DNA from: Myxococcota bacterium
GTDB lineage: Bacteria; Myxococcota_A; Polyangia; Polyangiales; Sandaracinaceae
Length of the DNA stretch: 22,479 bases
Direction of reading: 5' to 3'
Assembly (NCBI GenBank): GCA_036149055.1
Contig: JAYZQJ010000289.1
Coordinates: 1-22,479 of the forward strand
Part shown: positions 1 to 7,810 of the stretch, piece after piece
How the letters are laid out: each line of letters begins with the position of its first letter
Position numbering within the stretch: position 1 is the stretch's first letter
Notes under the pieces: generated by a model
What the model was told of the DNA's origin: nothing
The model's database searches: none
Seen by the model: the letters and a program-made list of their open reading frames with translations, nothing else
Position numbers and translations under genes: made by a program

Positions 1-29
1 GGGGCCGCCGGGGCCCCCCCGCCCGGGGG

Positions 30-55
30 GGGCGGGGGCGGACCCGCCCCTGCCC
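30..55 (-). terminator. GC-rich stem-loop just downstream of the aldo/keto reductase stop (terminator-like or REP-like)
   Basis: gggcgggggcgg (30-41) is complementary to ccgcccctgccc (44-55) with one mismatch; 5 nt from the stop codon at 61-63. No U-tract, and it lies in low-complexity sequence at the window edge. Confidence 0.3.
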
Positions 56-60
56 AGAGA

Positions 61-993
61 TCAGAGCCCGAACGAGGAGGCGACCTTGCGGAAGCGGACC
101 ATGTCGTCGTCGTCGATCCAGGGGGGACCGCTCGCGGCGTCGACGGCGTGGTCGATCTGCGGGGGGCGGCGCGCGCCGACGATGGCGGACGTCACCTGCG
201 GGCTCGAGAGCACGTAGCGGAGCGCGGCCGTCGCGAGGTCGGGGTGTTGGTCGCCGACGAGGAAGCGCATCGCGGCGACGTGGCGGAGCCGCTCCAGGAA
301 CGCCTCGGTCGCCCAGCGGCGCTTGCGGTGGTCCTCCTCGCCGAAGACGCGGGACTCGTGCCACTGCCCGCTCAGCATCCCGTACATCAGGGGAGAGCGC
401 GCGAGCACGCCGCAGCCGTTCACCGCGAGGTCGGTGGCGAGGTCTTCGAGGACGCTCGGCCGGAGCAGGTTGTAGGTGAGGCAGATCGCCTGGGCGCCGG
501 CCGCGATCGCGAGGCGCGCCTCCTCCGCGTCCCCGCAGCTCACGCCCCACGCGCGGATCTTGCCCTCCTCCTCGAGCTGCGCGATCGCGTCCTGGAAGCT
601 CTCGCGCCGCAGGGTCACGTCGCCCGGGTTGTGCAGCAGCCAGAGATCGATCGTCTCGCGCCCGAGCCGCTCGAGGGAGGCCTCGCAGTCGGCGACGAGG
701 GCGTCGGTCTCGAAGCTCTGCTGGAGCTCGCCGTCGACCCACCGCGCGCCACCGCGGGTGATGATCACCGCGTCGATCTTCGCGTCGCTCACCAGCTGGC
801 CGATCCGGGCCTCGGCCTCGCCCCAGACCGGGGCGACGTCGAAGGTCGTCACCCCGGCTTCGATGGCCGCCTTCACGGTGGCGTCGAAGCGGGCGTCGTC
901 GACGGGGCCGTACGCGCCGGTGGCGAGGCCCCAGGTCCCCAGGGTGATCTCGCTGAGGCGGAGATCGGTGCGTCCGAGGCTGCGTGTGTCCAT
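61..993 (-). CDS. Aldo/keto reductase family oxidoreductase
   Basis: Typical AKR motifs: RSLGRTDLRLSEITLGTWG, GVTTFDVAPVWG, SLERLGRETIDLWLLHNP, EEGKIRAWGVS, ARSPL..GMLSG. The usual catalytic Tyr/Lys positions appear as W (DVAPVW) and R (IITRGG). Confidence 0.93.
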   Translation of the reverse strand: MDTRSLGRTDLRLSEITLGTWGLATGAYGPVDDARFDATVKAAIEAGVTTFDVAPVWGEAEARIGQLVSDAKIDAVIITRGGARWVDGELQQSFETDALVADCEASLERLGRETIDLWLLHNPGDVTLRRESFQDAIAQLEEEGKIRAWGVSCGDAEEARLAIAAGAQAICLTYNLLRPSVLEDLATDLAVNGCGVLARSPLMYGMLSGQWHESRVFGEEDHRKRRWATEAFLERLRHVAAMRFLVGDQHPDLATAALRYVLSSPQVTSAIVGARRPPQIDHAVDAASGPPWIDDDDMVRFRKVASSFGL

Positions 994-1002
994 GACGTCG
1001 GT

Positions 1003-2385
1003 TCAGGCCATGCTGAGGATGGCGCCGCCCGCGGACAGGTAGATCAACAAGCCCACCACGTCCACGAGGGACGCGATGAAAGGCGTGGAGCTCACCGCCG
1101 GATCGAGGCCGACGCGCTGGATGCCCAGGGGCAGGAGCGAGCCGACCATGCTGCCCACCAGCACCACGCCGACGGTCGAGAGGCTCACCGCGAGCCCCAG
1201 CGTGACCGGGTCCTCGCCGCCGTCGGCCGCGAAGTAGGCGCGCGCGAAGCCGAGCAGCCCGAGCACCAGGCCCAGCGCGACGCTGACGATCAGCTCGCGG
1301 CCGAACACGCGCCACCAGTCCGAGGGCTCCACGTCGCCGACCGCCAGCGCGCGGATGATGAGCGACGCCGACTGCGAGCCCGCGTTGCCGCCCGACGAGA
1401 TGATCAACGGGACGAAGATCGCCAGGGTGAGCATCGTCTGGAGCTGCTCCTGGAAGCTCTCCATCACCGTCGCGGTCAAGAAGCCGCCGACGAAGAGCAG
1501 GCTCAGCCACGTGACCCGCGAGCGGAAGAGCCCGAAGAGGTTGGTCTCGAAGTAGCCGTCGTCGATCGGATCGACCGCGCCCATCATGTGCGCGTCCTCG
1601 GTCGCCTCCTCGATGACGACGTCGACCACGTCGTCGACCGTGACCACGCCGAGCATGTTGCCGTGCTCGTCGACGACGGGGATGGCGTTGAAGTCGTACT
1701 TCGCGATCGCCGTCGCGACCTCCTCCTGGTCGTCGCTGTCGCGCACCGTCACCACGTTCTCGGCCATCACGTCGGCGAGGGTCTCGCCCGGGTCGCCGAG
1801 GATGAGGTCGCGCAGCGAGACCACGCCGACCAGCACCTGCCCGTAGATGACGTAGATGTAGTAGATGGTCTCGACCTCCTCGGCGCGGCTCAGCCGGCGG
1901 ACCTCCTCGATCGCCTCCCAGCACTTCGTCTCCGGCGGCAGGGCGACGTAGTCCGGCGTCATCAGACCGCCGGCGACGTCCTCCGCGTAGGCGCTCAGCT
2001 CCCGGACCTCTTCCGCGACCTCCGGCTCGTGCTGCTCGAAGTGGCCGAGCAGCTCGGTGACCAGCTCCTGCCGCTCCTCCTGGAGCTCCTGGACGACGTC
2101 GACGAGATCGTCCGGCGACATCTCGCTGAGCACGCCGGCCGCCTCTTCGACCGAGAGGCTCCCGATGATCCCGGTCTGCACCTCCGGAGGGAGCCGCTCG
2201 AGCACGTCGGCGCCCCAGTCGTCGGGCAGCGCGCGGAAGAGCGAGACCGCGTCGTCCAGCTGGATGTCCTCGACGATCTCCGCGATGTCCTCGGGGTGGA
2301 ATTCCTCGAGGGCCTCGTGGAGCGCCGCCGGATCGGTCTGGAGGGCGTCCTTGAGATCCGGGCCGAGAAGGGTCGCGAGCCGCAT
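1003..2385 (-). CDS. mgtE: Magnesium transporter MgtE
   Basis: Acidic N-domain (HPEDIAE, MSPDD), tandem CBS domains (AGGLMTPDYV, IYYIYV, LVGVVSLRDL, KYDFNAIPVVD), membrane domain with SGGNAGSQSASLIIRAL and DPAVSSTPFIASLVDVVG. Start moved to ATG 2385 (MRLATLL); ends 9 nt before the AKR start. Confidence 0.96.
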   Translation of the reverse strand: MRLATLLGPDLKDALQTDPAALHEALEEFHPEDIAEIVEDIQLDDAVSLFRALPDDWGADVLERLPPEVQTGIIGSLSVEEAAGVLSEMSPDDLVDVVQELQEERQELVTELLGHFEQHEPEVAEEVRELSAYAEDVAGGLMTPDYVALPPETKCWEAIEEVRRLSRAEEVETIYYIYVIYGQVLVGVVSLRDLILGDPGETLADVMAENVVTVRDSDDQEEVATAIAKYDFNAIPVVDEHGNMLGVVTVDDVVDVVIEEATEDAHMMGAVDPIDDGYFETNLFGLFRSRVTWLSLLFVGGFLTATVMESFQEQLQTMLTLAIFVPLIISSGGNAGSQSASLIIRALAVGDVEPSDWWRVFGRELIVSVALGLVLGLLGFARAYFAADGGEDPVTLGLAVSLSTVGVVLVGSMVGSLLPLGIQRVGLDPAVSSTPFIASLVDVVGLLIYLSAGGAILSMA

Positions 2386-2606
2386 GGCCGCATTCTGGCC
2401 GAACGGCCGCTGCTTGCCACGAATCCAGTTCTTTCGAGCCCGAAATCGGATGGAAACCGAGCGCGCGCAGGCTGCCGCCGAGCATCCCCCGGTGACTCGC
2501 GGTGCACCGGTGCGTCCAGGGCGCAAGTCGGCGTGCGATGACGCGGTGCGTCGTTGTTCGCGATCGTTGCCCGCGGGGAAATCGGCTCGAAACGAGGTCC
2601 ACCCAT

Positions 2607-2648
2607 TCTCCTGCCCGGTCGGCGCCGACGAGCCCGACCGGGAGGAGA
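2607..2648 (+). promoter_or_regulatory. Stem-loop sequestering the porin Shine-Dalgarno sequence
   Basis: tctcctgcccggtcgg (2607-2622) pairs with ccgaccgggaggaga (2634-2648): 15 bp with one bulged G. The 3' arm contains GGAGGAG (2641-2647), 5 nt before ATG 2653. Confidence 0.55.
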
Positions 2649-2652
2649 CACC

Positions 2653-3852
2653 ATGAAGCTCACAGTACGACTGCTCGCCCTCGCGCTCGCGTGGGGCGTC
2701 GCGCTCGATGCCCAGGCGCAGGAAGAGGAGGCGGCGACCGCCGCCCCTTCGACCGACACGCCCGAGCTCGACGCGGCGACGGTCGGTGAGCTCGCAGTGG
2801 CCGAGGCCCCCGAGGCCGCGGTCGAGCTCGCCGACGCCCCCTCATCCGAGCCCCAGTGGACCGACGATCTCTCGCTCTCGCTCTTCGCCGACGGCTACGC
2901 CCAGGCGATCTGGACGGCGAGCGAACCATTCGGCGGCGACCGGGGCATGATGCTCGCGCATCGACCCTTCACCCACGTCGGCGGGCTCACGCTCTCGTTC
3001 CTCGGCCTCGACGTCGCCTACGAGGACGGCCCCATCGGCGCGACGGTCAACCTGCGCTTCGGCACCTCGACGCCGCGCCTGCTCGGGCCGACCAGCGGGC
3101 TCCCCGACGGCATGCAGTTCGTGAAGCAGGCCTTCGTCTCGTGGCGCCCGGTCGACCGCTTCCAGATCGACTTCGGGCAGTTCGACACGATCTACGGCGC
3201 CGAGGTCTCCGAGAGCTGGCAGAACCCGACCTACAGCCGCGGCGCCCTCTACAACCTGGTGCAGCCCTTCTATCACACCGGCTTCCGCGTCTCGTACGCC
3301 CCCATCGAGTCGGTCACGATCACCGGCCTGGCCGTCAACGGCTGGAACAACGTCATCGACGACAACGACATGAAGACCTTCGGCGCCCAGCTCAGCTGGT
3401 CCGAGGGCGCGCTCAGCGTCAGCGCCGGCTACCTCGGCGGCCCCGAGGGCGCGGGCAACGACGAGCTCTGGCGGCACTTCGCCGACGTCGTCATCGGCCT
3501 CGACCTCGGCGCGCTGACCCTCAGCGCCAACGCCGACTACAGCGCCGAGGACATCGGCGGCGGCACCTTCGACCAGCTCTGGGGGGTCATGCTCGCCGGG
3601 CGCCTCGGGCTCTCCGACCACCTCGGGCTCGCGCTGCGGGGCGAGTACATCGGCGACCCCGACGACGGCAGCGGCCTGGTCACCGGCACCGCGACCCTGG
3701 AGGTCACCCCGACCGAGAACCTCATCATCCGGCTCGACACCCGGGTCGACGCGGTCACCGACGAGGCCGCCGGCTTCCAGGACCCCTCCACCGGCGACAT
3801 CGACGAGGCCGCCTTCACCAGCATCCTCGGCGTCGTCGTCCGCTCCAGCTGA
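2653..3852 (+). CDS. Outer membrane beta-barrel protein (putative porin, bbp2/DUF1597-like)
   Basis: Strong RBS GGAGGAG, Sec signal peptide (MKLTVRLLALALAWGVALDAQA-QEE), acidic linker, family-like motifs QAFVSW, DFGQFDTIYGAEVSE, NPTYSRG, QPFYHTG, NGWNN, and amphipathic beta-strands to the C-terminus. Confidence 0.85.
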   Translation: MKLTVRLLALALAWGVALDAQAQEEEAATAAPSTDTPELDAATVGELAVAEAPEAAVELADAPSSEPQWTDDLSLSLFADGYAQAIWTASEPFGGDRGMMLAHRPFTHVGGLTLSFLGLDVAYEDGPIGATVNLRFGTSTPRLLGPTSGLPDGMQFVKQAFVSWRPVDRFQIDFGQFDTIYGAEVSESWQNPTYSRGALYNLVQPFYHTGFRVSYAPIESVTITGLAVNGWNNVIDDNDMKTFGAQLSWSEGALSVSAGYLGGPEGAGNDELWRHFADVVIGLDLGALTLSANADYSAEDIGGGTFDQLWGVMLAGRLGLSDHLGLALRGEYIGDPDDGSGLVTGTATLEVTPTENLIIRLDTRVDAVTDEAAGFQDPSTGDIDEAAFTSILGVVVRSS

Positions 3853-3862
3853 CACGCGACGG

Positions 3863-4312
3863 CTACCGCGCGACCAGCCAGCGGCCGCGCTCCTTGGCGC
3901 GCAGGGCGCGGCGGTGGAGCTCGGTCGCGCGGTCCCGGTCGGGGCTCGTCAGGCGCATCTCGAGCCCGCCGGGGGCCTCGCGCACCTCGACCTCGACGGT
4001 GGGGACCGCGAGCGGATCGTCGCTCGCGGCCTCCCCGCGGAGCCGGGCCGCCCGGCAGCGCGCGAGGCGCTCGAGCTCGGCCGCGTCGTGAGGGGCGCGC
4101 AGCAGGAGCCGGGCTCCTCGCGTCCGGTGCACGCGGGCCTTGCCGACGAGGCGCCGCTCGGCCCGCACGTCCACGACCTCCACGCTCGCCCAGACGTAGG
4201 CGTCCGGCGCCGCCTCGGCCGGGCAGGCGATCGCGGCGCGCTCCGGCTCGTCCGATGGCATCACCACCGACGGCACGCACCCCGCGAGCAGCAACGCGAA
4301 CGACCACCTCAT
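3863..4312 (-). CDS. Hypothetical lipoprotein
   Basis: Start at ATG 4312 gives MRWSFALLLAG-C lipobox; host-like codon usage; co-oriented with the two upstream genes. Confidence 0.75.
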   Translation of the reverse strand: MRWSFALLLAGCVPSVVMPSDEPERAAIACPAEAAPDAYVWASVEVVDVRAERRLVGKARVHRTRGARLLLRAPHDAAELERLARCRAARLRGEAASDDPLAVPTVEVEVREAPGGLEMRLTSPDRDRATELHRRALRAKERGRWLVAR

Positions 4313-4355
4313 CCCAGCCGGGAAGCTGCCCACCGCGCGGCCTCGGCGCAAGCGG

Positions 4356-6128
4356 TCAGAGGCCCATCGGGCCGAGCGCGTGAGGGATGGCGACCGTCTC
4401 GCCGGGCGCGGGCGGAGGGAAGGCGACGAGGCGATCGCCGTCCCAGCGGACGAGGCAGACCGCGTCGAGGGCGTCGCTGTCGAAGCGGACGACGCGGGGG
4501 TAGGGGCCGTCCGCGGCCTCGACCGTCGCGGTGAGCTCGCCGGCCCGGACGCGGGCGCCGGCCGGGAGATCGCTGACCCGGTAGACGCGCTCGAACAGGT
4601 TGCCGGTGCGGTGGTCGACGTCGACCTCGAGGGTGAAGCCGCCCTCGTGGCCGCGCAGCGTCTGGTCGTGCGGGGCCATCGACAGCACGCGCAAGGCGCG
4701 CAGGCGTCGGTACTCGTCCGGGCGGTGGAACCACATCGCCGGCCCGCTGTAGTAGGAGAGCGTCGGATCGGCGCCGGTCACCAGGTACGCGAGGCCGTCG
4801 TCCGGGCAGGCGGTGAGCTCGGCCGTCTCCGCCAGCGACTCCTCCGCGTCGGCGAAGGAGTCCATGGCGAGCGGCGCCGCGAGGCGGACCAGGGGCGAGA
4901 GCGCGAAGGCGCCGAGGGCCAGGGCGATCACCATCGCGCGGGGCGCGGCGCGCTTCGGCCCGCTCAGGCGGCCGGTCGTGATGAAGGTCTGGACGAACGC
5001 CGTGCCGAGCAGCGCGGCCGCGCCGATGAGCGCGACCGAGAGGAGGCGTCCGTCCAGCACCGTGCCGACCATCGGCGCGAGGCAGACGACCGACGAGAGG
5101 CCGAGCCAGAGCGCGCGGCGCCGCTCGGGCGGGCGGAACGTCTCGCGCTGCCAGTAGAGCAGCCCCGCGCACGCGCCGAACGCGAGCGCGCCGAGCGCCC
5201 AGAAGATCGGGCGCGCCGGCTCGAGGAGCGCCCAGAAGGTGACGGGCACTCCGCCGTAGAGCTCACCGAGCAGCGGCGGGATCCGGAGCAGGAGCGCGGC
5301 CGCGAAGCCGGTGGGGTCATCGAAGGGGGATCGGTAGGTGCCGCTGCCGTGCGCGCCCCAGCCCTCGAGCGCGTAGAACCCGAGGTAGGCGAGGCCGATG
5401 AGGATCGAGGGGAGGCTCGCCCGGATCCGCGCGCCCCACGGCCGCTCCATGACGATCCAGGCGTAGAGGACGAGGAACGGGATCGCGCCGAGCGCGGTCT
5501 CGCTCGCCAGCAGGCCGAGCGTCAGCAGCGCGGGCGCCAGCCACCCTCGCCAGCGCTCGCCAGTCTGGTGCCAGGAGACGAACGCCCAGATCGCGCCCGC
5601 GGCGAAGGTCGCGGAGACCAGCGTGTGCCGCGCGGCCAGCCAGCCGAGGGTCGAGGCGTGACCGCCGGCGAGCACGTAGATCGCGGTGGCGACGGTGGCG
5701 GTGGCCGGCCGGAGCACGCGTCGGTAGAGGAGGCCGACGAAGGTCGCCACGAGCAGCAGCCAGACGAGCGAGTGCAGGTGGGCGGCGAGCGCCGAGCGGC
5801 CGAAGGCGTGGTGGTCGAGCGCGAGGAGCAGGCTCGAGATCGGCCGGAAGAAGCGGAGGCGGAGATCGGGCTCCGAGAACCAGGGGAGGTAGCCGCGCGC
5901 GCGCATCGCGTCCCCGCGCTCCTCGCCGTCGACGAAGTCGTAGAGCGCGTGCGCGCCGGGCGTGAAGTCGGCCACCTGCTCCTCGAGGGCGAGCCGGTGC
6001 AGCAGGTCGTCGTTGAAGAAGCCGACCGTCATCGACGGCACGCTCACCAGCACGCCGAGCAGGATCGCGAACGCGGGACCTCGCTCGGAGGCCAGCCTGC
6101 GAAGCACCCAGCGGCGTCGCGCGCCCAT
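4356..6128 (-). CDS. Polytopic membrane protein, GT-C-fold glycosyltransferase-like
   Basis: About 10 or more hydrophobic segments; FFNDD acidic pair after the first TM helix, FFRPIS, LHSLVW, LLASET and DGRLL motifs as in GT-C (PMT/TMTC-like) proteins; C-terminal soluble domain. The first ~395 aa of the 985-aa ORF are an out-of-frame shadow of the upstream gene. Start approximate. Confidence 0.7.
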   Translation of the reverse strand: MGARRRWVLRRLASERGPAFAILLGVLVSVPSMTVGFFNDDLLHRLALEEQVADFTPGAHALYDFVDGEERGDAMRARGYLPWFSEPDLRLRFFRPISSLLLALDHHAFGRSALAAHLHSLVWLLLVATFVGLLYRRVLRPATATVATAIYVLAGGHASTLGWLAARHTLVSATFAAGAIWAFVSWHQTGERWRGWLAPALLTLGLLASETALGAIPFLVLYAWIVMERPWGARIRASLPSILIGLAYLGFYALEGWGAHGSGTYRSPFDDPTGFAAALLLRIPPLLGELYGGVPVTFWALLEPARPIFWALGALAFGACAGLLYWQRETFRPPERRRALWLGLSSVVCLAPMVGTVLDGRLLSVALIGAAALLGTAFVQTFITTGRLSGPKRAAPRAMVIALALGAFALSPLVRLAAPLAMDSFADAEESLAETAELTACPDDGLAYLVTGADPTLSYYSGPAMWFHRPDEYRRLRALRVLSMAPHDQTLRGHEGGFTLEVDVDHRTGNLFERVYRVSDLPAGARVRAGELTATVEAADGPYPRVVRFDSDALDAVCLVRWDGDRLVAFPPPAPGETVAIPHALGPMGL

Positions 6129-6139
6129 CGCCCGCGAGT

Positions 6140-7426
6140 CTACTCGCGGAGGGTCACCGCCGTCGCGTCGCGCACGAAGAGGAAGGCGTCGTACTGCACG
6201 CGCGGTACGTAGCGGCGACCCCGGAGGGTCGAGGGCAGCGTGTCGTCGAAGGGCAGCGTGTCGGAGCCGGTCGAGATCAGCAGGGCCGGCGCGTCGGTGT
6301 AGGTCGACAGCTGCCCCTCCGGGCTCTCGGGCTGCGGCTCGAAGGGGGAGACCACGAGCGAGCGCCCCTGCGGGAGCAGCCGCTCGCCGGTCCCGAAGAG
6401 CTTGGCGATCACGAGGTAGTCCTCGGCCCAGGCGGAGCGCGCCAGGTGCGTGCCGAACGACGGCGCGTCCTCTCCGGCCGCGTCGACGCCGATGATCGTG
6501 TCCTTGGCGCAGTGGAGGTTGTGCGCGATCAGGAGCACGGGCGCGTCGCCGGTGCGCGTCAGCAGATCCTCGATGTTCCGGACCATGCCGGGCTCCCGGT
6601 GGGTGGCGTTGCCGGTGCCGAAGTCGCCGCGCGCGTAGTAGTCGATGAACAGGAAGCCGTCTCGCAGGTTCAGCGCGTCGCGTTGGGCCCGAGCCCAGCC
6701 CTCCTCGGACGAGCTGGCGACGTAGCCTGCCCGGCGCTCCTCCAGCTGGTCGTGCAGCGCCTGCGCGCTCGCCCCCATCGCCGCCCAGTCGCTCCCTCGG
6801 AGCGCGGCCCGCCAGGTGTCCAGCTCGGAGGGCTCGACCTCGGCCACGTACGCCAGGGCAGACTCTCGCGTTCCGTCGAACTGCACGGCGACGTCGAACC
6901 CGGTCACGTGCATGCGCTCGCCGGGGGGCAGCTCCATCGACAGCGCGCGCAGGGCGCGCACGAAGTCCTCCGCCTCCGTCGTGTCGCCGAGCGATCCGGT
7001 GGAGTCGCCGAACCCCGCCTCGAGCTCGGCCTCGTCCCCCGTCTCCAGGTAGCGATCCCAGCGCGCCGCGCTCGCCTCGGTGCCCTCGATGGCGACCCAG
7101 CGCAGGCCGTGCTCGAGCGCGAGGTAGCGGGCGAGCATCGCGTCGGCGATCCGCGACTCGGAGACCCCGTGGTCCTCCTCGCCGGCGCAGATCACGCGGT
7201 GGCTGGCCAGCGCCTCGCCCATCGCGTCGAACGCGCAGGTCGCCGAGCGCTGGGCCTCGGGATCGAGGCTCGGGGCCGGGAGCGCGGCGCCCTCGTCCGC
7301 CGAGGCCGAGCACCCCGCGTCGGAGGAGCCGGCGTCCGTGGACCCTGCGTCGGAGAGGAGACCGGCGTCGTCGACGGCGCCGCCGTCGCAGGCCGCGAGG
7401 AGGAGAGCGAAGGCGAGAGCGCGCAT
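6140..7426 (-). CDS. Erythromycin esterase (EreA/EreB) family lipoprotein
   Basis: Lipobox MRALAFALLLAA-C, DAG-repeat linker, then family motifs AGEEDHG, VAIEG, VTGFDV, REPGMVRN, LIAHNLH, FGTHL, QYDAFLFV. Confidence 0.85.
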   Translation of the reverse strand: MRALAFALLLAACDGGAVDDAGLLSDAGSTDAGSSDAGCSASADEGAALPAPSLDPEAQRSATCAFDAMGEALASHRVICAGEEDHGVSESRIADAMLARYLALEHGLRWVAIEGTEASAARWDRYLETGDEAELEAGFGDSTGSLGDTTEAEDFVRALRALSMELPPGERMHVTGFDVAVQFDGTRESALAYVAEVEPSELDTWRAALRGSDWAAMGASAQALHDQLEERRAGYVASSSEEGWARAQRDALNLRDGFLFIDYYARGDFGTGNATHREPGMVRNIEDLLTRTGDAPVLLIAHNLHCAKDTIIGVDAAGEDAPSFGTHLARSAWAEDYLVIAKLFGTGERLLPQGRSLVVSPFEPQPESPEGQLSTYTDAPALLISTGSDTLPFDDTLPSTLRGRRYVPRVQYDAFLFVRDATAVTLRE

Positions 7427-7549
7427 GGGCTCCGCCCGGTGCAATGCACGTGCCTTCCTCCGGGGCGTCGATCGAGCGCCCCCACGGTCCGACCCGCGTG
7501 GGCGGTGTGTGCTTCGTGACGTCCCACCCGTCACCGGAGGCGCGCTACA

Positions 7550-7807
7550 GTGCTCGGCGTGACGCCCTACAAGACGCTCCGCTTCGAGGCGGGCCGCATC
7601 CCCGAGGGCCTGCGTCGCGAGCACCGGCTGAAGGCGGGCGTCCGGGGAGAGCTGCGGGTGCTCGAGGGCGCGCTGGTGTTCGTCGACGAGGGCGGCCGTC
7701 GCGCGATGCAGGCCGGGGATCGCCAGGCGATCCGGCCCGAGGCGCCGCATCACCTCGAGGACGCGGACGACGCGAGCGTCGAGCTCACGTTCTTTCGCGA
7801 GAGCTGA
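7550..7807 (+). CDS. DUF1971 (TehB/YeaR N-terminal-like) cupin protein
   Basis: PYK..F....IPEGLRREHRLKAGVRGELRVLEGALVF...IRPEAPHHL...LTFF matches the DUF1971 pattern; start GTG 7550 or 7559. Confidence 0.8.
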   Translation: MLGVTPYKTLRFEAGRIPEGLRREHRLKAGVRGELRVLEGALVFVDEGGRRAMQAGDRQAIRPEAPHHLEDADDASVELTFFRES

Positions 7808-7810
7808 GCG

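Noticed and set aside
1..41. G-quadruplex or special repeat at the window start
   Set aside because: Pure G/C homopolymer runs at the window edge may be an assembly or sequencing artefact, and are also explained by hairpins.
148..2541. 797-aa plus-strand ORF and other long antisense or alternate-frame ORFs (e.g. 4380-6212, 7785-10103, 7901-9847, 10624-12534, 11154-13577)
   Set aside because: Shadow frames of well-supported genes in high-GC DNA; Arg/Gly/Ala/Pro-rich with no motifs.
2386..2652. M-box (ykoK), glutamine or c-di-GMP riboswitch, or sigma-54 promoter
   Set aside because: Conserved core nucleotides of these motifs were not found by eye; only the anti-SD hairpin is supported.
4356..7313. 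Single 985-aa protein
   Set aside because: The N-terminal ~395 aa overlap the esterase gene out of frame and are Arg-rich noise; the real gene starts near 6128.
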